From: Utricularia gibba
Taxonomy: Eukaryota > Plantae > Magnoliophyta
Assembly: GCA_002189035.1 (NCBI GenBank)
Contig: NEEC01000002.1
Coordinates: 4,402,001-4,466,000 of the forward strand
Direction: 5' to 3'
DNA length: 64,000 nucleotides
The notes under the pieces were generated by a model. That model was not told where the DNA came from. It saw nothing but the letters and a program-made list of their open reading frames with translations, and made no database searches. Numbering within the stretch: the first letter of the stretch is position 1; each line of letters opens with the position of its first letter. Below, in pieces: positions 38,684 through 50,120 of the stretch. Made by a program: the position numbers and the translations under genes.

Positions 38684-40034
38684 GTCCTATTGTGCCTCCT
38701 AAACCTTGACTAGACTTTTTACCTTGTTTGTTTTGTATATATGTGTTCTTTGTTTTATGTGATTTAGTTTTCCTACTTGTCGTTGCACGTGTTTTGTAGT
38801 TGTGTGTCTGTCTTTTGGTGCCTTGAGTACTGCTGAGCATGTATAGGAATTTCGGATCATGCTTGAAATGTAAGATGCCTACCCCTTCGCTTCTGTGAGG
38901 ACTCGGCCTTTTTAGCTCTTACCTGCTTAAAACTTATATGAGGGTAGCCAGATTTTGTAGAAAAGTGCACGCATGCGGCCTCTGTTTTGCTCCATCTGCA
39001 CTAGGACTTACTTGTAAATTGCTTGTACGTGGCTTGCTAGTATGCGGATTTGTGGGTTGCATTGAGTTAGATACATAGACTGTGGCTGATGCACATAAAA
39101 GATTTTTGATGATAAAAGGCAAGCTTCAATCTAAAAAGTCGAGCTATATAAAAACAAAAAAAAAAGAGAAGAGAAAAGCAGCGAGGTACAAAAGGCAGGC
39201 ACACCAAAAAAGCCGTGCTGTAAAAAAAAATTCTTGTAGGAAATAAGAGCTTGAGGCTTAGACACTATGAACTCATTACTTTCCCTAAACATTTTTGTGG
39301 CCTGGCCAACCACACAAGGAGAAATAAGGATGAGCAAAGGGAGGGGAATGTGACTAACTCATAGTGGAAGAGTTCTCAAGTTTCTATGCTTTTGTTTAGT
39401 ACCTCCATGAGCATGACTTTCATTTTCAGCCACACTTTTGTATGTGTCTTGCAAGGTACAACTCATACATGTCACTGTTAGTATGCTACCGCATTTTAGG
39501 ATCAAGTTTGTACACGTGCAGATGTAATTTTTGAACACTTGAAGCATGCGAGTAACTCCTACTATCTATGCTTGAGTGAAACTGTTATTGCCCGCACTTG
39601 CTACCTCTCCTCTCCACTCCTTGCATGGATAGCATGACCAGAAACCTTTTCTTTGTCTCAGCAGACTCAACCTTAGATTTTCTGTTTTATTTTCTGTTTT
39701 ATTTTCTATTTTAGACTTGAGGACAAGTCTAGAGTCGTTGTAGGATAGTGTGATAACACCGTTTTTATTGTGTTTTTATATATGTTTTTAAGTGCGTTTT
39801 GTAGGGTTAAATGTTGCTTAGGGTGCTAAAATGTCTTCTTTTGTGCATTTAGTCTATTAAAATATGTTTATTATGAAAATAGGCTCAATTGGCAACAATT
39901 GAGCCGAAAATTCTAATATTTCATCTACTCTGTGTTTTAAGTCTTACCAGGGTAAGAGCTAGTACTGCAGCAACGTACTTTATGTGTTGAGAAGTCAAAA
40001 AGGGATAGAAAAGCTGTGCAAAAGTCTTACCAGG

Positions 40035-40640
40035 TTGGTCTGCCTGAAGTCTCCCCGAACGTCAATGATCACCCGCTGAGGAGGATCAAATAACAGAACT
40101 CTCCGGGGCTCAGGATCCGACTCCCTCTCCCCGATCGGAAAGAGAAAAGAAAAGATATTGCCTTCTTCCAATCTCAACGGAGCGCCGGCTCGCAGCACAG
40201 GGCTCCTTTCAGCGGGTGCTTCCACATCGACTACCCCGAATGAAGCACAAGGGGCCCTACTCCGATAGAGGTAGAAGACGATCCCACGCTCCCTCCGTCT
40301 TTGGTACCGGCCGAATTAAAGAGAATGTTGGACGAAGCTGTGCCGAGTCTTCGGGACGTTCAGCCGGAAATAATACTTAAGGGGATTTGGCAGGTACTGA
40401 TCTTTTGCCTTCTCAGTGTCATTCATAACAGATTTCCAACTTAGCAATTTTTCGTCAGGCCTTGACTTTTGGATGGGAGCTGGCCAAGAAAGTCGGGTCT
40501 CAACTCGAGGAGGTTGTTCGATTTCAGATGCAGATGGAGGCTCAAGATGCCAAAATGAAGTTCATGGCTGAGGAAGGGCAAGCTGGAGGCGAGGCTTCGA
40601 GGGCATGTTGGACCCTCAGTCGGTCCTCGCTATGATCTCC
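40035..40640 (+). pseudogene. Remnant of the antisense extra ORF of element C, with a 65-nt intron at 40394-40458
   Basis: DVQPEIILKGIWQ|ALTFGWELAKKVG aligns with DVQPDTVLEGIWQ|ALTFGWGVVREIG of element B. Phase-0 GT..AG intron. Confidence 0.75.
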
Positions 40641-43600
40641 CTCCTCCTCCTGAAGTTTAATTTCTTTATTTCTTCTTTTGCTGAACTAATGTTCTTGTCC
40701 CCAATTCTGGGGTTTTTGGATACTTTGAGATCCTGGTTTGGGATTCTTCTTTCTGATCTACTTATCTCTTGCTTTTATCGCTTTCGCCTTTACTAGTATT
40801 TATGAGTTGCATGATTCGCCAATCACCCGATTGAGCTTCTCGCTCAAGTACTATCTTATAATCGCCCGATTTCCGATAAGGACATGCACTGGAACCCCTT
40901 GGGCTTGAGTTATTTCCCCACTCCGAATGCGTCTTCAGCTGGTCGGATCTATGATTTCAAGGCATATCCGGATCAGCTTCGGGCACGTTTACTGTTCCAA
41001 TATTTGGTAGCATGCTCTTTATTTAGAGCTTTTTTTGGTGCTTTATACGAACGTCATTTAGGAAGGACTGGTACCCAAGTTGTGTTAGGGTTGGCCCTTG
41101 TTATTAGTGTGTGGGTTTTGGGAGGTCTTATATTTCGGGGGTGTCCTGATTCAGTTTGTTGTGCCCAGGGCGGGTTTAAGCCTGGGGGGGCTTACGCAGA
41201 CGGTTGCAGGGGATACTGATACCCGAGCTAACCCTTATCACTGGAGCCTAGGCTTTGGAGATCACATGTTTAGGAGAGAGCCTCGAGTTGGTTTGCTGTG
41301 CTCATAACGAGGCTTAGATTTAGAGGGTTCGCCAAGGCTTTTGTGTCCCGGGGGATGGGTGTCTTTTTGCCAACCCTTTGGTTGGGCTTTTTGACTTTGG
41401 ATTGCCTTAATATTTCCTTACGTGAGCTGAACCGGGAAGTAGACCAAGACCCCTCATGGGTTGAGTGACTTCCCCAATCCGATTGGGCTCTCTTCTGGCT
41501 GAATTCCCATTGTTTTGAACATGGGTAGATTTGCTTCGGGTGCTCTTGCCGTCTCGAGATTCGGCAGTAAGTTTTGAACTTAAGGGCTTTTTCGGGGCTT
41601 ACGCAGACGGTTTTAGGAAACCGGTGACCGAGTGGTACCAGGGCTTATCCTTATCATTGAGGCCTGGGTTTCGAAGATTTTACATTTCGGGGGATCCTGA
41701 GTTGATTTGTTGTGCTTGATAGGGGGTGCTGATTTAGAAGGTTTGCTTGTGCTTACATGACTTGGCCAAAGCTTATGATCTTGCTAACCCATCTCTGCTT
41801 TGGAGGAATTTATAACCATCCATGTGTTTTGACGAAGAAAATTCCAAATCTAGAAAGGACTTGTGATAGGGATGGTATTGAGCCGATTATGCATAGAATT
41901 TTCTTACATGTGTTGCGTTCTAAATATCTCGAGAATTTTCCCACATGTCATTGTGTTTGGATGCTTCGGAGCACCAATCTTCTTCCGAGAATTCCGTTGG
42001 GGATACAAACTTGTCGTAACTTTTTTTTTCGTTTTTCACGGATGAGCCCCTAGTCAGCTATAAATAGTCTGTCGTTTTTCTTCCATCAATTCCAACTCCA
42101 GTTTTTTATAAGTTAGCGTTCTCCCTATTTGTTTCCAGTTTGTTGATGACTTGGTTACGCCTCTTTCTTCGCAGCATCTCCTCATCGGTTTCGGATTCGG
42201 TTTCCATGTCCGGGGGATATTCCGGAATCAGGGGTTGCTTTTCCACTCGTCGTGCGGTCTTGGGTGTCTCCTCCTGTGTGTTGGAGTTCAGACCTGAAGT
42301 CGGAGAGAATTTCCGTTAGAAGGGCCTTCAGTTGCTCCTTGCTGATGATCATAAGACCGGGGTTTTGCTTCCCGGCACTTCCTTCGTGGATAGAATTCAT
42401 GGCCATCTTATTTTATGCCATGGTTGATGTTTGTTGAGCGGCTTCTGTGGATTTCTCGAGTGGGACAATAGATCGGCCCCACGGTGGGCGCCAAAAATGT
42501 TATGGGTGAAAATTGGTTGAGTGGGTCGGGCCGATTTTCCGGTTATGGATGTGATCGGAAAGACAACTTTTTTGTATACTTCTTTCCGTGATTTGTTCGG
42601 TTTGACTGGGTGAAATGAATGCATGCAGAGATTTTTTTACGTGGAAACCATCGTAAGACGGAAAAACCACGAAGCTGTCGAAGCTCGCTGGAGAAGACTT
42701 CTACTAGACGGAGGTGGTCGAGAAAACGATACAAGTTGTGGAGTTTTTTTTTTTGGTTCCCCCCCCCCCCCCCTTTTCTTCAGAACTTCTCCTATTTATA
42801 GAAGGGGCCGCTCTAGCCGATTCCTCACTTCTGCAGGTGTCAGTTACTTTTGCGCTTGCTATACGATCTCGCTTTTCAGATATCGGCCGCCTGTTCTGCC
42901 ATAATTCAGCTGCTTTTCAGACTGTATCATACGGCCACCGTTGTCGAATTTCTGACACATATCGGCCTGTCGACTGGCGTTATCCTGTCAAGGCTTCTTT
43001 TGGCAGCCTTTCACAAACTGATCATCCTCAGCCGATTTAGACCCCATCACCTTCAACAAATAATCAAGAGATAGAGTAGAATGATGAATATGATTATTCA
43101 AAATTGATAAATGAGGTTTGAAAACATTTTAAAAAGGCACAAATTGATGAAAAGTAGAAACCAATATGTAATTAATGCTCATCATCAATTATTTTTGAAA
43201 CAAAGAGTAGAACGTTTCTTAAAAGTATAAAAAGCATGGCGCTCAATCATATATTTTTTAGATATAAAAACGTTCAAACATTTCTTATGCTTGAAAGTGT
43301 CATTTCCTATAAAAAATTTTTTTCTATATATTGGAAGAAGGAGACCTAAAATATAAGCTTAGTTTGTTGGAAGAAGATTAGTTACTTTCAAAGATTTTGG
43401 AAGTTGAGAATCTTTCATGAGGCTATAAAATTATTTTAAGGTATTTATATCTTGTTAACATTATTTTTTTAATTTTATATAGTTATGATTTTTAGATTTA
43501 ACATTTAATAAATTTTTGTAGGGGCATGTTATCCTACTGCAAATTTATTATTTTCCTAACAATTTGTAATCAAATTGACCTTAAACAAATGAATTAATGA

Positions 43601-44440
43601 TCTAGATGAATTGAGAAGAGATATGACAAGTAAGATGTTTGATAAATTTATAAAATATTGGAATATGATTCATGATATTATGAGAGTTGCTTATTTGTTA
43701 AATCTGAGATATAAATCATATTTTTTAAATTATGGCTGGGAGAGTAGTAGTCATGTTGAGAAAATTGTGAACATTTGCTTGATAATGTTGTTTAAGTATC
43801 AAGGACAAAAGAAAAGTTTTTCATCATTTGTAGGATCTAGTTTTAGTATTGGTTCATATATGCAATTTTATGAACTTTATTAGTTCTAAAAAGAGCAACG
43901 AGTCCAACTTTTAGTCAAAGTTTGATTACTACATAAATGATGATGTCTTGTGACTATCTAAAAATTTTGCTAAAATGTATTGATGGAATACAAATGAAGT
44001 AAAATATTCAACTCTACAAAAAATTGCAAGAGATATATTAGATATCTATGTTACCTTAGAGACCTATAAATTAGTTTTTAGCACATGAGTTGGATCATTA
44101 ATCCACATCAGAGTAAATTGTATTTATCTCTAGTTGTGACTTTCGTTTGTTTAAGGAATTGAACATCTAATAAAAAATAATAAACTATTTATTATCAATG
44201 TTTATTTCTTATTTTATTTATTATTAAATAATTATAATTGCATTAATTCTATTTGTCACATTTATGTAAGATGGAGAGGGGATGGTAAAATCCAAAGAAA
44301 TATATAATTTTTTTGCATTAACTCCAAACTTTTATGAATGGATTATTTTTATCCAATCTTTTGGTATGTTAATTGTTAACTACTGTATGATTTTGAAAAG
44401 GGACAAGGAGGTTGTAAAACTTTTGACTCTTAAGAGTATG

Positions 44441-45015
44441 TGATAAACAAAAAAATGTTGCAATATTGTTAATTTGTAAATTTTTCTATCAAATAAAATT
44501 TATAAATCTAATTCACATCAAACCATATGAAAATATGAGTATAGTGGACTAGGGTCGAACACAAGGAGTTAAGTGCTTGCTATGCGAAAGTTAATGCATG
44601 CAATCAATGTCATGTTAATATATTTGGTCTTAACTAGGACTAAGACAGAGTTACGATAAAATACAGTAAGGAAAAGTAACAAACTTTTGAACTCGGTTGT
44701 TTCTAAGATGAAATGGGTGACGCCTTGGGACTCTTAAATAATGTATGCTTATCACTAAACACGTTCACATAAACCATAAGTCAAATAACTAATAAACAAA
44801 GTCTAGATCTACCCGGACTCTTGCATTCCTCCTAATCTTTGGTCTACCTCTAATCAAGGTTGTTAAGATGAGTTTCATTATTTTCCCCTCCTGGATCTAT
44901 TCTGGTTTGTTAAGAAAGTGGCATGACTTATGGTTAATAAAGTCTAAAGATTGATTATTACATTTCTCTCCTTTTTAACCCAAGGCACCTTTTTAAGTAC
45001 TTAGCCACTCATAAT
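44441..45015 (-). mobile_element. Truncated Athila-type LTR (3' part only)
   Basis: Aligns with 46827-47400. Intact family terminus at 44441; breaks off at the foldback. Confidence 0.8.
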
Positions 45016-45210
45016 AAGAGAAAAAAAAACGTTTTCATAACATATTCTAAACAATATTCTGGTATCAAAGTTAAACAATAGCAATTTGTTGGGATCCAAA
45101 TGAGAGTACTTAAAAATTAATGCACCTTTTTTAATCCAACATTTGCTATTGTTTAACTTTGATACCAGAATATTGTTTAGAATATGTTATGAAAACGTTT
45201 TTTTTCTCTT
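45016..45210. repeat. Near-perfect inverted repeat (arms ~68-78 bp, ~40-nt loop), followed by short tandem duplications to ~45280
   Basis: aagagaaaaaaaaacgttttcataacatattctaaacaatattctggtatcaaagttaaacaatagcaa and its reverse complement at ~45143-45210, differing only in A-run length. Confidence 0.9.
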
Positions 45211-46826
45211 TTAATAAAGTACTATTCTCTTTTAATAAAGTAATTTTTAATAAAGTACTATTCTCTTTTTAAGTACTATTGATGGATATACATAATGGGC
45301 AGATTACCACAAGTGTTGGGTTTAGATTTGGATTTAAAAAAAGGTGGGGCGGGTATAGATTTGATAAAACCCACTCCACGCGCATTCATGTGTCTAATTA
45401 TTAAAATTAGACACGATTGGTTGTGGATTAATTTTTTTAAAATTTTAAGTAATTTGCGGATTAATTCTAAAGGATTTTTTAAATATATTTTTAAAAAAAA
45501 TTAATTTTTTTAAATTTTTAAATAATTATTTCAAACATTAAGGATTATTAATGTCAAATTGGTGAATGCTAGAATGCTAGAACCGATTTTTCCTATGTAT
45601 TGAAAAAGTGAATACCAATTTTATCATTATTTTAAAATAAAAAAGGTCATTGTTATAATTTTTACAAATATTAGGAGCCCCCCCATAAGTAGTGAATAGG
45701 GGATGGCGGCTCTTAATCACAAATTCCAACCCCATTACCTGATCCTTATCCTCCACGTGTACTCATGCTGCTTCACTCTGAGTCTGATGGGGAATCAAAC
45801 CCAAGAGTTGATCATGGTATCGCATTCACGATTCAGGATTATATATAAAAGTGGTCATTCTCTCAATTCTCAATAATCATAATTAGAAAAATAACCACCT
45901 TTTTTTATTTTTTTAAACACAAAACAGGTAAACACATTATTTCGTGCAATAAATAAACAGGACTTTTTTAAATATTTTTTTAAATCAGTTCAGAGTTAGG
46001 GTTCATTAAATATCATAAATTACGATAATTGGAAACTATTTTCAATTACTTACAGAAAAAACTAAATAATAGAAAGTGAAGTTAATGCAGATGATGCTGC
46101 ATTTATTCAAATTATTGATTATATTCTACATTCATCTTCTCAAACTTATACACATTATTATAATGAGGAAATGGGTGGCACCTATCAAGTTATAGACCTC
46201 GCTGAAGAGTACTCACCATTCTAGTGGTCCCTACGTGAGGACTTGCCAAATGCCAAGGGGAGGAGCAAGTTGGACTAGTAAACAGAACGGGACCTCGAAG
46301 AGAGACAGGATCCTAACTACGTGAGGATGTTGCATGTTGGACTTGGGTCTACTCTCAACCTATAGAGGCCTACCACGTGGCGTAGATGAAGGGGGGGGGG
46401 GGGGATTTCAGTTGCCCAGCCCCCTAATCATCAGCTCATCTCTGCGTATCTGAGTATTGCACCACCAACATATGGGATGAGATGTCCGTCCCTTGTTTAG
46501 GGAGGGAGATGCACAAAAATGATATCATATGGATGCTTTAATGACTTGTTTTGTTATTATCACTCAATAATTGATGAGTATACGCATCCCAAGACAAAAA
46601 TAAAATTTGAAATGAGGTGAATCCTTACGAAGCTTAGGTTTAATAAGGTGGTACATGGTATTTCTCTTACTTTGAAGAAGAGGGTGGAAACATTAAGAAA
46701 CTACCTCGACCCATGTGATTTGGGCAAGACACAGGCATATCGGATCTGCATGTGTGCTAAGTATATACTCTTGGATGATACCTTATTAACGATACACGTT
46801 GAGAGAGAATGAAAGGGAAATCAGAC

Positions 46827-47986
46827 TGATAAACGAAAAATTACGCAATGTCGTTAAATTGCAAATTTCTACTATCAAATAAATTTATAACCTAATATAC
46901 CTTCAAGCATAAAACAATTATGAGCATAGTGATTAAGGTCGAACACGAGGAGCTAGGTGCTTGTTATGTGAAGGTCAATGCAAGGAATCAATGTCACGTT
47001 GGTAAAATTGGTCTTAGATAGGACTAAAGCATAACTAAAATGAAATACAGTAAAGAAAAGTAATAAGTTCTGAAGCTCGGTTGTTTTTGGAAGAGAATGG
47101 GTGATGCCTTGAGACTCCTAGGGGATGTATGTTCATCACTAAACAAACTCATACAAACCACAAATCATACAAATAACTCACAAGATCTAGGTCTACCCGA
47201 ATTCTTGTTTTTTCCCCTAATCTTTGGTCTACCTCTAAGTAGGGTTGTTAAGTTGGGTTTTACTACTTCCCCCTCCTGGATCTATCCTGATTTGTTAAGG
47301 AAGTGGTGTGACTCATGGGTGTTTAGATCTAAAGATTGATTAACATGTTTCTCCCCTTTTTACCCCAAGACACCCCCTTAAGTATTTAGCCACTCATGCT
47401 TAAGGTAAACGAAAGTGGAAAAGAAAACATCACCCACAATGTGCTCATTTCATAGTCAAATACCAGAAAGCAAACAAGCAAGTAATGTGAAGTGTCAACA
47501 AAAACTAAAAAACGTCACTAGCTACTCTTAGCTAGGAGTAATATTCTTCGAAGACAGAAAATAATCTCCAACTTCACCTTCGTTCCTGTTTGTCTTCCTT
47601 CTTCTTCCTCCCCAGAAAATGTGTTCATGAGTCTCCAAGGGGAGATCTGCTTCTCTCTTCACCTTTCCTCCCTTTTTGTCAAAAATCTTCCTTTTTCACC
47701 TCCTTGGACTTTGTGTGTACTCTTCTTCAGACTTCTGTCACCTTTCCTGCCACCACACTGTTCATACTCAGCTCCTTGGGATTTGTGTTGTGACCCATGG
47801 TGCATTGCTCGAAAGGAACTATTAGAAGGTTGGGACTAAATCGCACATTTAGTCCCAACTAAGACTAAAAGTGCACTCCTACGGTACTTATGTGCAAAAA
47901 TATAGAAATAGGCAATTAAGCTTAATTTTTGTAACATAAAATGAGTAAATTCAATGCATTGAGCCACTCAAAAATATGTGTAGTCA
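46827..47986 (-). mobile_element. Solo LTR (Athila-type), 1160 bp
   Basis: Reverse complement of the 2498-3645 family. Perfect 5-bp TSD CAGAC (46822-46826, 47987-47991). Confidence 0.9.
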
Positions 47987-49260
47987 CAGACCAATGACAC
48001 ACGTATGAGGAAATCATGGTGTAGAATACTTCCTAGCTCCCCAAAAAGAAGCCATGCCCAAATGTAGTCAAAGACTGGGATATGGAAATTTTGTACGTTC
48101 CGTCGGACTACATCTCATAACACCAAGATAGGATATTTTGCTGATTGGAATGGATAAAATGAGTTTAATTTACTTGAGTTTAAATAAATGTGATGTAATA
48201 TAATCAATTTTTTAGGTACCGTTTAGTTATTGAGATAGAAACCCATGTAATCTCATCAACTAAACACATCCCAAAGTATGTGCTTTGTCCTCCATGAACT
48301 TAGAATAGGTGCTAGAATAAGATTATTGATGGCTCCCGAGGTGAGGAGGGCAACCCGTGGAGGCAGAGGAAGGAACGAAGTCAAATGACCTCTGATAAGT
48401 ACTTGCATCTCCTCTCGGGTTATATATGTGGTAAATGAAAATTTCAAGATCTTTATAAAATATAAATTTTTTTATTAAATAAATTTATAAAACTATAATT
48501 CAAATATGATGTAAATCAAACAAAAGATGTATCGTGAATTTCGGAATCGAATATAAGGAAGTGGTGCTTATGGTGTTAAAGTTCATGCATTTTGATTGTC
48601 ACAATCAAATTTTAAATCTTAGTTAAAACTAATATGGTGTAAACAATAATATATAACATTACAGAAGACAATATAACAACCACTAAATATTAACTTTAAT
48701 AGAGTTAAAACATGTGTGCATCAAAAGTGTGATCACTTGACCTTTGATCTAAAAACTCTAAAGTAATAACTTGATATAGTCCAGGTCTACATAAACTAAC
48801 CTTTATGATTTTTTTGTTTTAATTTTCCTAAACTTTTTAAAACCACCTCACATTTAGGTTTATCATTCATAAGATAAATAAAAATTACATTCACTCGATC
48901 CTATTTATATCTAACTTAAAAAATTATCTATGAAAATACATCTCACTTCTTTAATTTACTTCTAATGTTGGGTTTCCGAAGTTAAGTATACTAGTCTTTT
49001 CCTCTCTTGCATCTTTATTGGTTTGTTAGGAAAAGTCATATAAATACGTGCAACTTTTCAAGTCTTAACCAATATTACACCTGATAAAACTAATCAAAAC
49101 AATTTCATAAAACAAAGACAACAATATGTTCATAAAGCTTTGAGATAAAATAATGAATAGAATCTTGATATTATTAAACAATTGAGTCCTATGCCACGAC
49201 ACTAATTCTAGCTTTGACTAGTAATGCATGGAAATTGAATTGAGTTCCTCAACTGAAAGA

Positions 49261-50120
49261 TGTTGAAAGTAAGGATCCGATGGGTCATATAAATACACAT
49301 GAAACTTAAATATATAAGAAACATAGATCATACTATAAAATATTTGATCCAATCGATTACTAGTGATTCATAATTTCTTATATACGTGATTATTTTATTT
49401 TCAAATCCTAATGTGGTATCGTTTGTTCTAATACCTGCCCTCAAATCAAAGTGGTCTTTTTTTATTCAATTAATACTTTTTCCTTTTTTTTTTTTTGGAT
49501 TGTAGGTAGTGCTTAGATCATAGATCGATTTAATTTTTGTCAACTAAACTCAATACATCTTTTTATTTTTTTTGTTTAACCAAAACTTAGACTAAAACGA
49601 AAGATATCTTGGCCACTAAGCCATGCCATGAGGCAAATGCTCTAATATCATGTTGAAAGTAAGGATCTGATGGATTGAACGATCATACGTGAGTCCCAAG
49701 TACATAAAAAATCTAGATCACGTTAGAAAAACTTAGACTTAATCGATTACTAATGATTCATAATTTATTATATACTTGATCATTCCACTTTCATTTTCCA
49801 ATATGAGATTGTTTATTGTAACATCCGCCCTCAGGTCAAACTAATCTTTGATCCAATTAAGACTTTTTTTTTTATGATTGCAGATAGTGCTCAGATCATA
49901 AATCAATCTATTTTTTGTCACCTAAACCCAATGCATCTTCTTGTTCTTCTTTTTTCTTTTTTTTAACCATGACTTAGATCTTACGAGAATTTCAAGTACA
50001 TAAGAAACGTGGATCATATTAGAAAACATTAGACCCAAATGATTATTAGTAATGCATAATCTATTATATATGCGACTATTTCACTTTCAAATTCTGATGT
50101 CTGATCATTTGTTCTAATAA
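49261..50120. repeat. Diverged tandem repeat, 390-bp period, about 2.3 copies
   Basis: tgttgaaagtaaggatc at 49261 and 49651; gattactagtgattcataat-like blocks recur; third partial copy from ~49985. Confidence 0.75.

Larger units (their letters stand above)
29511..40024 (+). mobile_element. Athila-lineage Ty3/gypsy element 'D' nested in C; 3' LTR truncated after 274 bp
   Basis: 5' LTR 29511-30725 (TGATAA..CATCA), 3' LTR remnant 39751-40024 (~5% divergent). tRNA-Asp PBS, gag-pol and an env-like ORF. Confidence 0.93.
28538..43049 (-). mobile_element. Non-autonomous Retand-like LTR element 'C' (internal gag-pol deletion) carrying a nested Athila element
   Basis: LTRs 28538-29092 and 42498-43049 (~11% divergent over the first ~240 nt by manual count). 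Perfect TSD CCTTC (28533-28537, 43050-43054). tRNA-Lys PBS 42476-42493, PPT 29093-29104. Internal sequence homologous to element B. Confidence 0.93.
27957..45396 (+). mobile_element. Highly decayed hAT transposon split by element C (pieces ~27957-28537 and 43050-~45396)
   Basis: Removing C restores SSKIWYSFNK, resembling the BED-finger N-terminus. 43611-43883 gives KFIKYW..IM.VAYLLNLRYK. ~43900-44130 gives KYSTLQKIARDILDIYV, the hAT dimerisation motif. TIRs and TSD not convincingly recovered. Confidence 0.6.

Noticed and set aside
39734-39750. A tRNA-Asp gene or tRNA-derived SINE at 39734 or 61769
   Set aside because: The match stops at nt 17 and runs straight into the LTR; there is no anticodon arm, T arm or B box.
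46090-46102. 13-nt match to the 3' part of miR172 (GATGATGCTGCAT)
   Set aside because: The 5' part of the mature sequence is absent and there is no precursor-length hairpin.
46600-48120. Possible Tat integrase N-terminal fossil flanking the solo LTR
   Set aside because: The similarity (YL..CDL...KYILLDDTL) is too degraded to call by eye.
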